64,000 bases of DNA, taken from assembly GCA_043228905.1 (NCBI GenBank), contig JBHGNT010000017.1:14012001-14076000 (forward strand), read 5' to 3'. Of the stretch, positions 11,554 to 25,332 are shown piece by piece. Source of the stretch: Azolla caroliniana. Taxonomy: Eukaryota > Plantae > Polypodiophyta. Within the stretch, counting starts at the first letter, position 1, and the number at the start of each line of letters is the position of its first letter. The notes below the pieces were generated by a model. The model ran no database searches and had not been told where the DNA came from. It saw only the letters and a program-made list of their open reading frames with translations. The position numbers and the translations under genes are program-made.

Positions 11554-14359
11554 CTCAAGAACTTCTTACATGTCCCAACCATCATGAAAAACCTGGTCTT
11601 GGTCGGCCAAATTGTTGAACAAGGCATGCAAGTACCATTCAATAATGATGGGTGCTTTATTGAGAAAGAAGGCCAACTAGTAGCTCACAGTCAAAGAGAA
11701 GGCCAAAAGTTCGTCCTCGAATCGAAGGAGGTGAAGTTCTTTATGTTTGCAGAAGGCCTCAAGTTGAAACCGACTTGAAACTGTGGCACAAGAGAATCAA
11801 CCACATCAATCTCCAAAAGCTCCAGAACATGCAATCCAAAGGAGTCATCATCAGACTACCGAATTTTACAGAGAAAGAGAGCACGAGTGTTTGTGAGGCA
11901 TGCCAATTTGGCAAGCAACGCCGACATCCATTCCCAAAAGAAAGGAATGTGAGTAAAGCAGACTTGGACGTAGTTCACTCCGACGTATGGGGACCGGCTT
12001 AGATAGCCACATTCGACAGATGTTGATATTACATAACGTTTATCGACGACTTCTCCAGACACGCTTGGATCTATCCCATGCGGCACAAGGTGAAGTGTTT
12101 GGACACTTCCAAACATTTAAGAATGAAGTCGAAAAAGCCGCAAGGAGTATTTCTCGAGAAAATTTAAAACGTATCTCCGAAAGGAAGGAATTCGATGAGA
12201 ATTCTCATGCCGACACACACCTCAACAAAACAAAGTAGCCAAACAAAAGAATCGGCACATAGTAGAGGTGGCAAGGGCAATGATGAATGAGAAGACCGTG
12301 CCGAAGTCGTACTGGGCAGAAGCAGCTAACACAGTCGTATACCTCATGAATAGGTGCATAACCTCTGGGGTACACGATATCACCCCTTACGAGAAGTTCT
12401 TCGGGAAGAAGCCAGATTTCTCTCACGTGAGGATATTCAACTCAATAGCTTATGTACATATTCTCGACGAGAAGCAACAAAAACTCGATCCTAAGTCAGA
12501 GAAATGTATCCTCGTAGGGTACTCACTCGAACAAAAGGGGACAAATGTTACAATCCATCTACCCAAAAAGTTCAAGTGAGTCGGGACGTCGTTTTCAACG
12601 AATCAACATCTTGGTAGGAACCAGAGACGACTCCGATTCTAACCACAATCGGCCTAGATTCGGCCGACCAAGAGCTAAAGAACGAAGATCGACGCAGGCA
12701 TATGTTCGAAGAAAGTTTGATTACGACCAGACTGAGTGGACCTCAGGAACCACTGAGCGATCAAAGCACATCTCGGTCGAGTTCGAAGTTGGACAAAGGG
12801 AAGGCCAAAATTCCCAAATACGAAGATCCAATCGACAACGAGTCAACTCACTCCCTTGATAGTGAGTTCGAAGACCTTGATGTCCCTATTATCCGAACAA
12901 ATGGAGTTAAGAAAGTCATATCTGCTACAAAGCTCCATTGCTCCACTCGAGAGAAAAACCCAGTCAGCCGATTCAGTTACGATGAGTATATGGCATATCA
13001 TTATGCCTTTATGATGAAGGTGGCGACAGTTCGAGAACCGGAAACCTATTCCAAGGCAACCAAGGATCCACGATGGATCGAAGCCATGAACAAAGAAATA
13101 CAGGGTCTAAGCAAAAATGAGACATGGGATCTTGTTCCCCATTCTCCACACAAGAACACAATCGGCTATAGATGGATCTTCAAGGTAAAATATAATGCCA
13201 ACAATTTGGTAAATCGCTACAAGGCACGACTCGTAGCTAAGGGATATGCTCAAACACATGGAATTGATTATGAGGAGGCCTTTCCCCCGGTGGCAAAGAT
13301 GACAATTGTTTAGACAGTCATTGCTCTCATAGCGGCAAAAGGGTGGCACCTCCACCAAATGGATGTAAAGAGCGCCTTCCTACAATGTGAATTAGAAGAG
13401 GAGGTCTTCATGATTCGACTACCCAGTTTCGAATCGAGCAAACACTCAATAGCAGTTTGGCAACTCAAGAAGCTGTTATATGGACTCAAGTACGTATGTG
13501 GGATGATGGATTATGGCCTCATGTATAAGTTGGATATGATCATTCGGCTCAAAGGGTACACAAATGCAGACTGGGCCAACTATAAGGTTGATAGACAATC
13601 AACGTTAGGATTCGTATTCTCCGTCGGTAGTGGAGCGATCTCCTAGAGCAGCAAAAAGTAGCCGACAATCACACTGTCGAGCACAGAGGCCGAATACAGG
13701 AGCGCGTCCGTCGCCGCATACGAAGTTGTTTGGTTGAAGCGTATATTGAAGGATCTGGGTGTTCCCATCAAGGATCTCATTCACCTATACTAGGACATCA
13801 TGAGCAATATTCATCTAGCTCGGAACCCGGTGTTCCACGCGCAAACTAAGCATATTGAAGTACACTATCACTTCATCCCAATGCACATTCAGGCCGTAGA
13901 TGTTGACCTACAACACATCAGCACGAACCTTCAGGTTGCTGACATCTTCATCAAGGACTTAGGAGTCGACAAGCTCGGGAAATTTACATCAGACCTTGGT
14001 CTCACAAAATCTACATTGCGGAGCTTGAGGGGAAGTATTGAATAGTAGCCGACCAGAGTAGTCGAACAAGGAGCACAAAGTAATTGAAGAGTCAAAAACC
14101 GAAATGAGCTGAACAACAAGACAATCTCTCCGACGATCAGAAGTTTTCGAGGGGGTGTGTTGAGAATCAAACCCAATTTCCCCAATGAAATGACTTTCAC
14201 ACTAGCCATGGACATATTAGCCTAGGTTTGTCAATAGTAGAAAGGGCGGTTGCCCTAGGCTAGTTGGTATTTAAACCAACCTCTTGTAACCTAGTTACTG
14301 TTGGATGTAATTTTATTTTTCACTAATGAATGTGAAACTTGGTAATGTCAATGGGTGGT

Positions 14360-16702
14360 TTTAGAGTTGTTTCATGGAGCAGTAAAAAGCAACCAACAAT
14401 AGCACTACCTTCAACGGAGGCGGAATACAAAGTAGCATGCATAGTGGCATGTGAGGTAGTTTGGCTAAGAAGAATCCTTATGGATGTGGTGGTTCCAATA
14501 AGGATGACAATGGTATTAGGGTGTGACAATCAGAGTTGCATGGCCATTGCCAAGAACCTTGTCTTTCATGCACGTACTAAACACATAGAGATTCAGTATC
14601 ACTATGTGGGGGAGCTAATAAATGATGAAGCTGTGTTGCTTAAGTATTGTCCAACATCTGAAAATGATGCACACATCTTCACAAAGGTGCTTGGGGTAGA
14701 ACAACTACAACAACACCTTCGATGACTAGGAGATGGCCCAATTCCAAGTCAACTCAATGGGTTGACCATTTAGAGGGTTTGTTAGATATAATCAATGATC
14801 CACCCAAAGTTGTCAATTTATCCCCATATGTACTCTTAGAGTGCACATTTTGTGATAGCGTTGTCATATGGTTTTTCACACATGATATGAAAACTATTTA
14901 AAATAAATAATAAAAAATAATAAAATAAGTATTTTATATTAGATTAGTGTCTTGTTATAGAGATATGAATGTACTCAAGAGCTTCAAAACGCATTTTACT
15001 ACATATAAATTAGACAACTACATATCAAGTTATGTGAACATGAAGTTTAAGAAGATATGGAAAATAGAACTATGATTTATCTCACATAGATAGGAAACTT
15101 AAGGCCCTAGCTATATAAGCACATTGAGATCCCTTATTTTTCATTTGTGTTAAGAGCACTTTGTCCACTTTGTCTAGATGGATGATTGTGGCCAAGTTCC
15201 CAAAATCTGATTGGCAATAAAATGGAACCGGCCGGTAAGCGAATTGGAATGGGTTGGAAATCAATTCGGAACCGGCCGGTAAGCCGGAAACCAAACCGAA
15301 ATCGGCTGGTAAGCAAACTGGAACCGGGGCTAGTAAGCAAATCGGAAATGGCCGGAAAGCGAACCAGAACTAGTCATGCATCAAACCAGAATCGGTTGGC
15401 AATCAAACCGAAACCGGTCGGTCATCAAACCGGAACCGGACTGGACGGATTGGATGGGTGGCAATCGAGACGGACATATGATAGGATCATGTGGCTAATT
15501 AAAGTAAAGTAAAGGAAACTAAAGTAAAGGCCATGTGGACGGTCGCATGCAACTAAAAGAAAAGGCCATGCAATGCAACTAAAAGTAGAGGCCATGCAAC
15601 TAAAAGTGGGCATGCAAAGTAACATTGAAGGCTATGATCAACGGAGAACTGCATATAAATTCCATTTTTTTTCATACACTCACTCTCTCTCCATTTTTAT
15701 TTTCTTTTCCTTCTTAGCTCCCATATCTTATCGAAGCCATAACACTCAAAAACCCTAAATTTCCTTATGGAAGCCATAAACCCTAAATTTCCTTACGGAA
15801 GTCAAAAACCCTAATTTTCCTTACAGAAGCCATATCTCTCATAAAGCCTAATTTTCCCTACATAACCCATAACACTCAAAAACCCTAATTTTCCCTACGG
15901 AATCATATCTCTCAAAACCCCTAATTTTTCTTTTCTATTAATCTCAGTAAACCTAAAACTTCTGAATCCCAATCTTGGGACATATTGTAATTTCTTTTCC
16001 TTTGCTAATGAAAAATTACTACATTTCCTCTTTCCATTAATTGTTAAAAATATAAAAGCACAAATGTGATATCCTTTAGTCGGAGGCCCCGGGGTCCTGC
16101 CTCAAGTTCACATATCCTCGTCGTATTTTCGCGACAACACTCCAAATGAGGAGTAACTATTGTGCAACTTGACCATATGGGTTGATAAGGTGTCAATCTA
16201 GGAAACCGTAGATGAGTATGACACAATGTATTGAGGAAAGAGCGAAGTAGGGCTAATAGGATTGGCAAATCGAGTCAACTAGAATAATATTTTGTGGGCA
16301 AGTTACGATGTACTTATTCTTGAAGTATGTGCCATTGACTTTAAGATAAGTACTATCTAGCACTAGCTTGTATTTAGGGAGTTGGGTCATATTAAATGAC
16401 AAGTCAGTTGACAAAAAAGGAATATCTCCACTACTATCCACTGACTTGCACATTTAATGTTACACTCAGACCAAACAGAGAATATATATCCACTCTCTTA
16501 CATAGTGGTTGTGACCATTATCGATCCCCATTAATTTTGTAGTGAGCTAGTCTAGATCCCATCTAAGCTCTAAGGTGTGAGTGAATGGGTGAACTACCAT
16601 TGTCAGCTACTCTCATAAGTAATAGAAAGTTTGTTTTCATATATCCATCTTTGTGATTGTAACTCTACATGTCTATCTAATCAATTCTCAATATTTCTAA
16701 CA
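14360..16702 (+). mobile_element. Copia 3' end (RNase H, PPT, LTR 14780-16702), same family as 24585-30615
   Basis: ORF 14339-14725 with SWSSKKQ..STEAEY..CDNQS..FHARTKHIEIQYH; LTR TGTTAGATATAATC...TTCTAACA. Confidence 0.9.
14862..16136 (+). mobile_element. Solo LTR (TGTCA...CGACA) inserted in the copia LTR
   Basis: The host LTR resumes after 16136; flanks GCGT/ACAC against uninterrupted GCGC in the homologous LTR at about 29338; internal ACCGG and AAACCCTAA repeats. Confidence 0.75.
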
Positions 16703-16729
16703 AATCTACTAGTCCTTTAATCTCATCAT

Positions 16730-19700
16730 TGTCATGATATTGTCGCAAAAAGGATTTTAACCTGGACCTTACGATACATGGGTCAAGGCCTTACTATTAA
16801 GATTATTTCACTTAGGTTCTAAAATTTTCCGGTATGATATTGTCCCAAAAAGGATTTGAACCTGGACCTTACGGTACATGGGTCAAGGCCTTATTATTAA
16901 GATTATTTCACTTATGTTCTAAAATTTTCCGGTATAATCTAGAAAATTCATGAATATTTTAGAATACTCTAAAACTTTCCAAAATATCCAAGCATACTCT
17001 TGAAGGCCCTATAAATAGAGGCATATTGTACTATTCAAACCAATTCGGTATAATGCCAGCTTTAAGCCTCTAAGTTGTTCCTATCTTTGTACTCAGTTTC
17101 TATAATAAAATTTCCTTCTCCCCCTTTTCTCATATACCCTTTGTCTCTGTCTCTTTGTCTTTGTCTTTGTCTGTTTGTTTGTCTATCTCAATCCTAGTAG
17201 TTTTGAATTGAATTTCCCATATTATTATTATCTTTCATTCCACTAGTACTAATGGCCTCTAGCACACAAGAATACTAATCCGTCCTTTTAGAGCTTTAGT
17301 GCTTGAAGGGAAACTTCATGAGGAACAAGAAAATCAACGTTTGTTGGGTAATATACAACAAATCACCATACAAAAGAAACAACAACAGGAGGAGTTGACG
17401 TTATGAGTGCAACAGTTGGAAGCAATAGTCATGCCTTTACAACAAGGAACGAGAACTCAAGGGATTCTCAAAGAACCCAAGATTAGGCTTCCCATGAAGT
17501 TTGATGGAACGTGATCATAGTTTGGAGTGTTCCTCAATCAGGTATGCTTAGTAATTTAAATGCATCCTTCTCAATATCTAGGTGATGCATCACGAGTGGG
17601 ATTAGTAGGCACATCATTAAGCGATACAACATTAGCTTGGTTTGCCCCTTTGTTGGAAAAAGGATCTCCTTTGTTAAATAACTTTGCGGAGTCCATTAGT
17701 GGGTTTGAAGCATGTTTTGGAGATACTCCTAGTAGTATGATGCGATAATCAACTTTTCGAGTGATGTTTAGAATGACAACAACAAATGGCAAGGACAAGC
17801 TCAAAGCCCATGTATGCATCAATTGTAACAAAACCCTCCCCAAAGGAATCATATAATACAACTTCTGCAAATGCTCTAACACCAATGGAAATTGATGCAA
17901 CATGTCGTCATGGAGCAAACCACCTATGTTTATATTGTGGTAGCCTAGGGCATATTGTAGTAAATTGCATGGAGCAAACCACCTATGTTTATATTGTGGT
18001 AGCCTAGGGCATATTGTAGTAAATTGTCCCCATATGCCCATACATAAGGTAAAGCAAGTTGCTACTATTTATAAACCCGAGTCTATTTCATTGGGAGTAC
18101 CTAATAGTCTTACTAGTCCAAGTTTATCAAATAAATTTGAGGTTCTAATTCAACTAGACGATGAGTTAAACGATTAAGTCCAGCCAAAATAGGGGCCATT
18201 TGGTTGGACAATCCAAGATGGTAGAAGAATTTGAGCTTCGTGTTGTACTAGATAATTTGATACGTGCAATTTTTGAGAATCAAACTCAACTTCCCTAGTG
18301 TGGGAACACACCTTAGGAATACCCAAGTTTGTGAACACCCCACCACTTTGTATCATAACTAATGTGTCATAGGAGTTAAGTCCTATGCCACATAGTTACT
18401 AGGTAGTTAAGTCTCCGCCTCCTTCCCAAGAGGTGGTTGTAGTAAGAGAATATAAAGACAATATGACTATATAAGCACCTTCTCCTCTTCTTTGTAATGG
18501 TTGGTTGTCTTTCCTTGTTAATACAATTTTTGCGTTTTCTGCATACCTTGTGTTTATCACTCACTCATTCATCCACTCACTCACTCTCACACACACACTC
18601 TCTATCATACACACACACATCTTTTCCACCACACAAAATTACACCCGATTCTTTACAGTAATATCTTTTAATATAATTAGTCGCCCTAAACATCCAATTT
18701 CCTTGGGGTTGTCGTGGTTCAATATACATAACCCCAAAATTGACTAGAGAATTAGAGAAATCAAGTATCGCCAATAAGATAAGATGAAACCTCAAGCATT
18801 TACACATAGGATTTCAACTATTTCACTACAACAATTACACAATGAATGACGAAAGGAAGGAATGGTCTTATTTGCAGTATCAATGAAGCCTTCCAATACC
18901 GCTAAAGGATTTAACTTCCAAAAAAGTATCAAGATTATGCCAATGTTTTTGATAAGATAAAAGCTAATACACTTCTAGAGCATCAACCATATGATTGTCC
19001 CATTGATTTACAACCAGGAAAGGAGCCACCATGGGGAACCAATCTACAATTTGTCACCAACCGAGCTTGAGGTTTGTTGAGCATACATTGAGGAAAACTT
19101 GGCAAATGGATTCATTCGACACTCGAAATCTCTAGTTGGTGCACCCATTTTCCTTGTAAAGAAAAAAGATGGTTCACTTCGTCTGGTCGTGGATTATCAG
19201 GGTTTCAATAAAGTTACTATCAGGAATAGGTATGTAGTCCCCTTGATCTCTAGTCTTTTAGTACAGATTAGTGGTGCAAAATATTTCACAAAGATTAATC
19301 TATGAGGTATGTATAACCTTGTATGGATTTGGTTGGGAGATGAGTGGAAGACAACTTTTCGCACCTGATACAAGCATTTTGACCAATTACGTCAATTGGT
19401 CTCCCAAATGCACCAACAATTTCAACATATTGCTAATAACATTTTTCGAGATCTCTTGGACAATTTTCTAATCATCTATTTGGATGATCTATTGATTTAT
19501 CCAAAAACAAAAGAGGAGCATGATTCTCATGTTTGTCAAGTTCTAAAATGACCATGGGAATATGACCTTTATGTAAAACTAGAGAACTGAAGTTTTGATT
19601 GCAAACATGTGGATTACTTAGGCTATATCATCCCTCTTTAAGAAATCTATATGGATCAAACTAAAGTCCAAACAATGTTGGATTGGAAAACCCCACGATT

Positions 19701-20110
19701 TGTTTGAGATGTGCAATGTTTTCTAGGATTTGCAAACTTCTATTGCAAGTTCATACAAGATTACTCAAAACTTATTCTACCTCTCACACAACTCACAAAG
19801 AAAAATCAATCATTTGTTTGGTTTGTTGATGCAAATAATGTTTTTTTGGATCTCAAGGTTGATTTTACATCCACTCCTATTCTAACTCATGTTGATCCAC
19901 AAAAACCATTTATGAATTGGATGCATCAGATTTTGCACTTGGTAGCATTTTATCACAGCAAGGTGATGATGGGAAGCTACATGTAGCTACTTTCCATTTG
20001 CGCAAATTTGATATTGTCGAGATCAACTATAAGGTACATGACAAGGAGCTATTAGCTACTTTCCATTTGCGCAAATTTGATATTGTCAAGATAAACTATA
20101 AGGTACATTT
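16730..20110 (+). mobile_element. Decayed Ty3/gypsy (Tcn1/chromovirus-like) element
   Basis: LTR start TGTCATG; gag LAWFAPLLEKGSPLL and CLYCGSLGH; RT GAPIFLVKKKDGSLRLVVDY and YLDD; RNase [14 protein letters not shown] and HDKELLA; many stops. Confidence 0.88.
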
Positions 20111-20149
20111 TCTTCATCCAATTGCAATCCGACCTCGCCATGGTTATGA

Positions 20150-22600
20150 GACATGCTCCTTGTTCGTCTTTTTGTCGTTTCAGCACTGGCACTTGGAATC
20201 TTCTCTTTTATTATCTTGATTGTGGCCTACCTTAGATGACCTGTTTAGTCAAGGAGAAGTCATACACTAGTATGTCAATGTTATCAAGCATGAGAGTAGA
20301 CATACTTGGCAGATTCTTTCTTCTTCGCTTTTAACTCGTGCTTTCGACATCCTTCACCATCTCTAAAGAGTACTTACTAGCAAATGCATCAGGGGATGAT
20401 GTGTGATACCAATGAATTACAATAGACTTAACTTGATTGCCATGGTAATCCTTCATTGTTTCTATGATTTTAGCAATCCAAAAAGGATGTTTCAACCCAT
20501 CATCCTTAGCCAAAGTTGCAACCAACATCCCAACTTCTAGCTCATGCAAATTACCTTGCCATCTTGCCCTTTTTGCACACGATATTCTTGGGCCCACATA
20601 AATATCTCTCTATCATGTGTAAACTAGATTATTGAGTTTAGAATTATGAGCTGACAGATTAGGAGTCATGGACAACACTGATGGCGCACCAATATTCCAC
20701 GTAAACGGATATTGGAGGGGCCAATATTCAACAATGTAGTTATCCAAGATCTTATGTTGATGGCTCAAAAATACACCCCACCATTCAACATTCTGATCAC
20801 TAGCATACTTCTTAGTGCGCTCAATATATTTATTTTTCTCGTCGAAGCATTGTATCCAATATAACCTTTGCTCATCCTTTGAACCACTTGAAGCCAATGT
20901 TTTATGGTCATCATATGGCATTTGTTCTGCACCACATATATTCGCATTTGGAAAATTAAGAAAGAGCCTACAACCCTCTTGTGGCTCCCATTGTTGCGAA
21001 GTGGAGTATTGATTGGCATACAATAGCGTTGTGTTTTTGCTTGTAGAATTTCGTTTTATGAGGAAAGCATGCTTAAAACTTACATTATTAAGAGGGGCAA
21101 GAACCCTACATTCAGCCCTATCACCATCCATGCAAAAGCGTTTAAAGTCATACACCTCATTCAAATGATGTACTTTAGGCTTCAGGGCATAAGCTTCAAT
21201 AATCAAGTTTGATAGCAATGGAAGAGTGAAAGCATCACATGTTGCTAGTTTTTTTGAAAACCTACTAAACATTTGATCTATATGATCATGGGTATGTCCA
21301 ACAAGTAAAAGTTGACCTTAATCTTCTTAAAAATTCCTTTCTCCATTAGCATGCTTAAGTAGAAAAAAACAATCAAGTTTTTGTTTACTCTTGCAGTGTT
21401 GTCGAGCTGCACGTATAGGACAAGCGGGAGACAACCTGACCAGGATTGTAACACTCTACGCATGACCGTAATCGTAAGATTTGGGTCATTGTGGATATTA
21501 GGATAAGTTAAGAAGATTTGTGGCGTTATTGTTTGACAATATGACAAGCAGCCTACCAAATGCATCTATACAAGGCATTCATCTCCAATGTCCTTCAACA
21601 GTCTTTGAAAGTGAGGCAAAGAAATCTTCTTTTGATCCATGCCATCTATGATCATGCACATATACTGCTCAAGTGATTGAAGGGCTTTTTGTCGGTGATG
21701 CATAGCTTTAGAACGCTCGAAGGCTTGGCTTTCACGATGTTCTCTTAATAGACTCTTGTAGTTATTTCTTTCTTTCTCAGATTTCCTACCTTTTGCCATG
21801 CTTTTTAAACTTGCACTTATTGAGCAAACACCCATATGAACTTTGCATGGTATATAACCACATTGTTAAATTGTAACTTCCATAATCGATTAAAATGTCG
21901 ATATTGTATATACAATACACCTTCTAACAGCATGCCATCCTTATATGCCTGGTACATCTCACAACGAGTGAAGTTGTCAAAAAAATGTAATCGTCCAGTA
22001 GGAGGCATAATGTGACATTGCTTGGAGAAGTATATCCGTCCATCGAATAGCATGTTGTCCAATCAAACCCTTACATCTAGGCGCATTATCGTCAAATGGT
22101 ATCCACAATCCCTTCATTAGTCTATTGTGAAATCTGTGGAGCCTCATGCTACTAATGCTATGTGCAATCTTAAAAGCAACTCAACAACACTTAACACTCA
22201 TGCTTAGAAAATATTCAGCATGAGTTGAATGAACCCCTCCGGTGTGATCATTCACTAGTTGCATATGTGAGATAAGAAAGTTGTCTTGCTCCTCACCATT
22301 AAGTGATAGATACTTCTCTCGCATTCCCCTTAAGTTTGACTTTCCAAATTTAGATAGACATAGATTTGCACAACATGACTTGTTTGCATCCAGGATAATC
22401 TGATGATCAGAACACAAAAAGTTAAATCTTTTAATACTGACTTGTTTAGGAATTCTTCTAAAAGTGTGAGGTTGATCTGCAACTACGCCAACCCTTTCAC
22501 TTGCACTCCTCCCGACAACACATCTGTTAAAACACTCAATTGAAAAAAGCGAGTCTGAACTTTGCCCCCTCATTGATTTAGATGTTCCACATTGACTATT
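20150..22600 (-). pseudogene. DDD transposase pseudogene (Sola-like/DUF7869-type) with a C-terminal BAH/Tudor-like segment
   Basis: Fragments give IIDGMDQKK, VQLDNTARVNKN and LLVGHTHDHIDQMFS (across a frameshift at about 21300); N-terminal CC-x3-C; no TIRs found. Confidence 0.65.
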
Positions 22601-23199
22601 TTGACGACTTTTGTGGTTATACTCCTTGACTGAAAATAACGAGTTGTCGGATAATGCAATAGGTTCAATAGAAAAGAAGGAAATTTTAGATAAAATCTAA
22701 AGGCCCTAGGTCTGGTCACATCGTTGTTACCAAATTTAATACTCAAGCTCGAATTTTTTTAACAAATTGAGGTAGCAAGAATAAAATAGTCAAGCAATGT
22801 CGATATTATTAGAGAGTTAGGCGATCAATTTCATAAGACATACAAACCTAAATGTCAATTTCTTAAAACACCCTTTTTCCTTTTTTTGAAAAATTTCTTA
22901 AAAAGAATAATTTTTTTCTTTAAAAAAATCATTTTCTGACATAACTATAAAAGGAAAGGTCTTGCCCTATTTGTCATTATTGTGTTTAAGGAGATCAAGA
23001 GCACAAGAGCACTTACGACCAAGCACTTGAGTTTTCTCGCATTTCAAGCACACCTACTCAAATAAGCAAACATGAACAAGGGGAAAAAAATTGCCAGGTA
23101 GGCCTATTCTAAGTTTTTCATTAGATTCTTAAAGGTTCTCAAAAGATGCTTTTTTGTTTTTATCTTAATTTCCTAAATTAATTGAAATCGTTTTTAACC

Positions 23200-23765
23200 T
23201 CTAGTGCACTTTCAACGAGAGCTCCATGTAGTGCACTTGCAGAATTTGAAAAGCAAAATGAAGATCAATCCACATTGTATTGTCGTGTCATTTATAGTAA
23301 TGGTAGACCCAGATCAATGCCGAACTATAACAGACTTTAACTACAATTTGGCAAATGATGTATATCTAGAAATTGGCTGACGAGTCCCAGATCTATATGA
23401 TCCTTTACATTGACGACTTGCTTATCGCCAACAACGATAAAGCAGAAAAATGGAAATTGAAACGGAGCCTTCATGAAAAATTCTCAATGAAGGAACTCGG
23501 AGAAGCCCAACACATATTGGGCATGAGGATAGAGTGAAATCAGACGAAGAAGATCCTCCGGCTCTCCTAATCTAACTATATCCGAAAGTTGCTAAAACAC
23601 TTCAATATGGAGTATGCGAAGCCGGAACTACCATCACTTCCGACGTCGTTCCGACTATCAGAAAGAGACTCTCCATCCAAAGGAAACCTGAGAAATTGCT
23701 CATGGGCCACATCCTCTCCGCGTCGGCCGTAGGAAGTCTCATGTACGTGATGGTGGCGACTCGAC
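23200..23765 (+). mobile_element. Copia RT fragment
   Basis: Disrupted frames read LYIDDLLIA...LGEAQHILGMRIE...YIRKLLKHFNM. Confidence 0.75.
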
Positions 23766-24139
23766 GATAGAGAGAAAGAAAGACAATGTGTCAATTGCTT
23801 TTGTCAACATTGTTGTTACCACTACTACTATCACCGATGATACATATTGACGACCAACGTTGACGAATTGCCTGCCCCCTTGGAAATATACCCCCCTTTC
23901 CTTTCACATTTCATTACTAAAGGACTTGGCCATTGGAAAAGAACTTCAAATTGACCAATATACCCCTCTCACACACAAACATACAGTTAATATACATTCA
24001 CACCTAAACATCACTTATAAATAGAAATTTTTATACACAAACACGCATGTGCTCATCAACATAAACATACTCCCTCACAAACACACTCACTCATCCTATA
24101 TGTTAATATATATTTAACATTTACACATACAATATGCAT

Positions 24140-24175
<36 letters not shown>

Positions 24176-24584
24176 CCACATGTACATAAACAATTATATG
24201 CTTCCACATATGGGAATACACATGCATATGCACACATAAAAATATATACAATCATATACACATACAAACACTCAAATGTGTGTATGCAAGGGAAGTATAT
24301 AAGTACTCTTATATGCTAAAGGTCTATGAAGAATTGAAAGAGGTTGGAAGTCACTTTTACTGACAATTACGAAGGTTTTGAAGTCATCAACTTAACCACC
24401 AAATCCATCTAATGGGTTTGGTCGAAGATGTGTGGAAAGCATAGTTGGATGTGATCAAATGTAGATTGTTTGCTCAACACATGACTCAAATAAGTGTTAG
24501 ACAACTTCCTATTTCGAGTTGGAGGACACTTATGATTCATATCCTCGTCAAATGTTGTGGTTGAGTGAACTATTGGGTTGGATG

Positions 24585-25291
24585 TGTTAGATATAATCAA
24601 TTATCAGACTGAAGTTGTAAATCTATCCCCATATGTGCTCTTAGAGTGCACATTTTGTGATAGCCCCCCAAATGAGGAGTGGCTAGTGTGCAACTCGACC
24701 ATATGGCTTGATAAGGTGTTAATCTAGGAAACTGTAGATGTGTAGGACACAATGTATTTAGGAAAGAGCGAAATAGGTAATAGGATTGGCTAATCAAGTC
24801 AACTAGAATATTTTGTGGGCAAGTTACGGTGTACTTAGTCTTGAAGTATGTGCCATTGAATTCAAGATAAGTACTATTTAGCATTGGCCTATATCTAGGG
24901 AATTGGGTCATATTAAATGACAAGTCAGTTGACAGAAAAGGAATATCTCCACTACTATCAATTGACTTGCACATTTAATGCTATACTCAAACCAAACATA
25001 GAATAAAATCCACTTTCTTACACAGTGGTTGGATCGATCATCAGTCCCCACTAATTTTGTAGTGAGTTGGTCCATATCCTATCTAAGCTCTAAGGTGTGA
25101 GCACATGGGTAAACTACCATTGTGAGCTACTCTCATATGTAATAGAATTTTTGTTTTCATATATCCATCTCTGTAATTGTAACTCTATATACCTATCTAA
25201 TTGATTCTCAATATTTCTAACATGGTATCAGAGTGAGGTTGATCTAGATTAGGTGTATATGGGTAGTTGTTGTCTAGCAGCACAGAGAAAT

Positions 25292-25332
<41 letters not shown>

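Larger units (their letters stand above)
6788..14327 (+). mobile_element. Ty1/copia LTR retrotransposon, rearranged and decayed
   Basis: 5' LTR 6788-8497 (interrupted by 7023-8439); PBS TGGTATCAGAG at 8498, duplicated at 8701; gag; protease WFVDSGASNHM; GAG-pre-integrase WHKR..CEACQFGKQ; integrase HSDVWGP; RT RYKARLVAKG; RNase H FHAQTKHIEVHYHF; PPT at about 14149-14157; truncated 3' LTR 14158-14327. Large internal duplication and partial RT deletion. Confidence 0.92.

Noticed and set aside
18365-18657. Possible short solo LTR inside the gypsy protease region
   Set aside because: TG...CA ends and a TATA are present, but there is no convincing TSD or second copy.
17907-20108. Short tandem duplications at 17907-18025 and 19985-20108
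   Set aside because: Ordinary slippage or repair duplications in a dead element.
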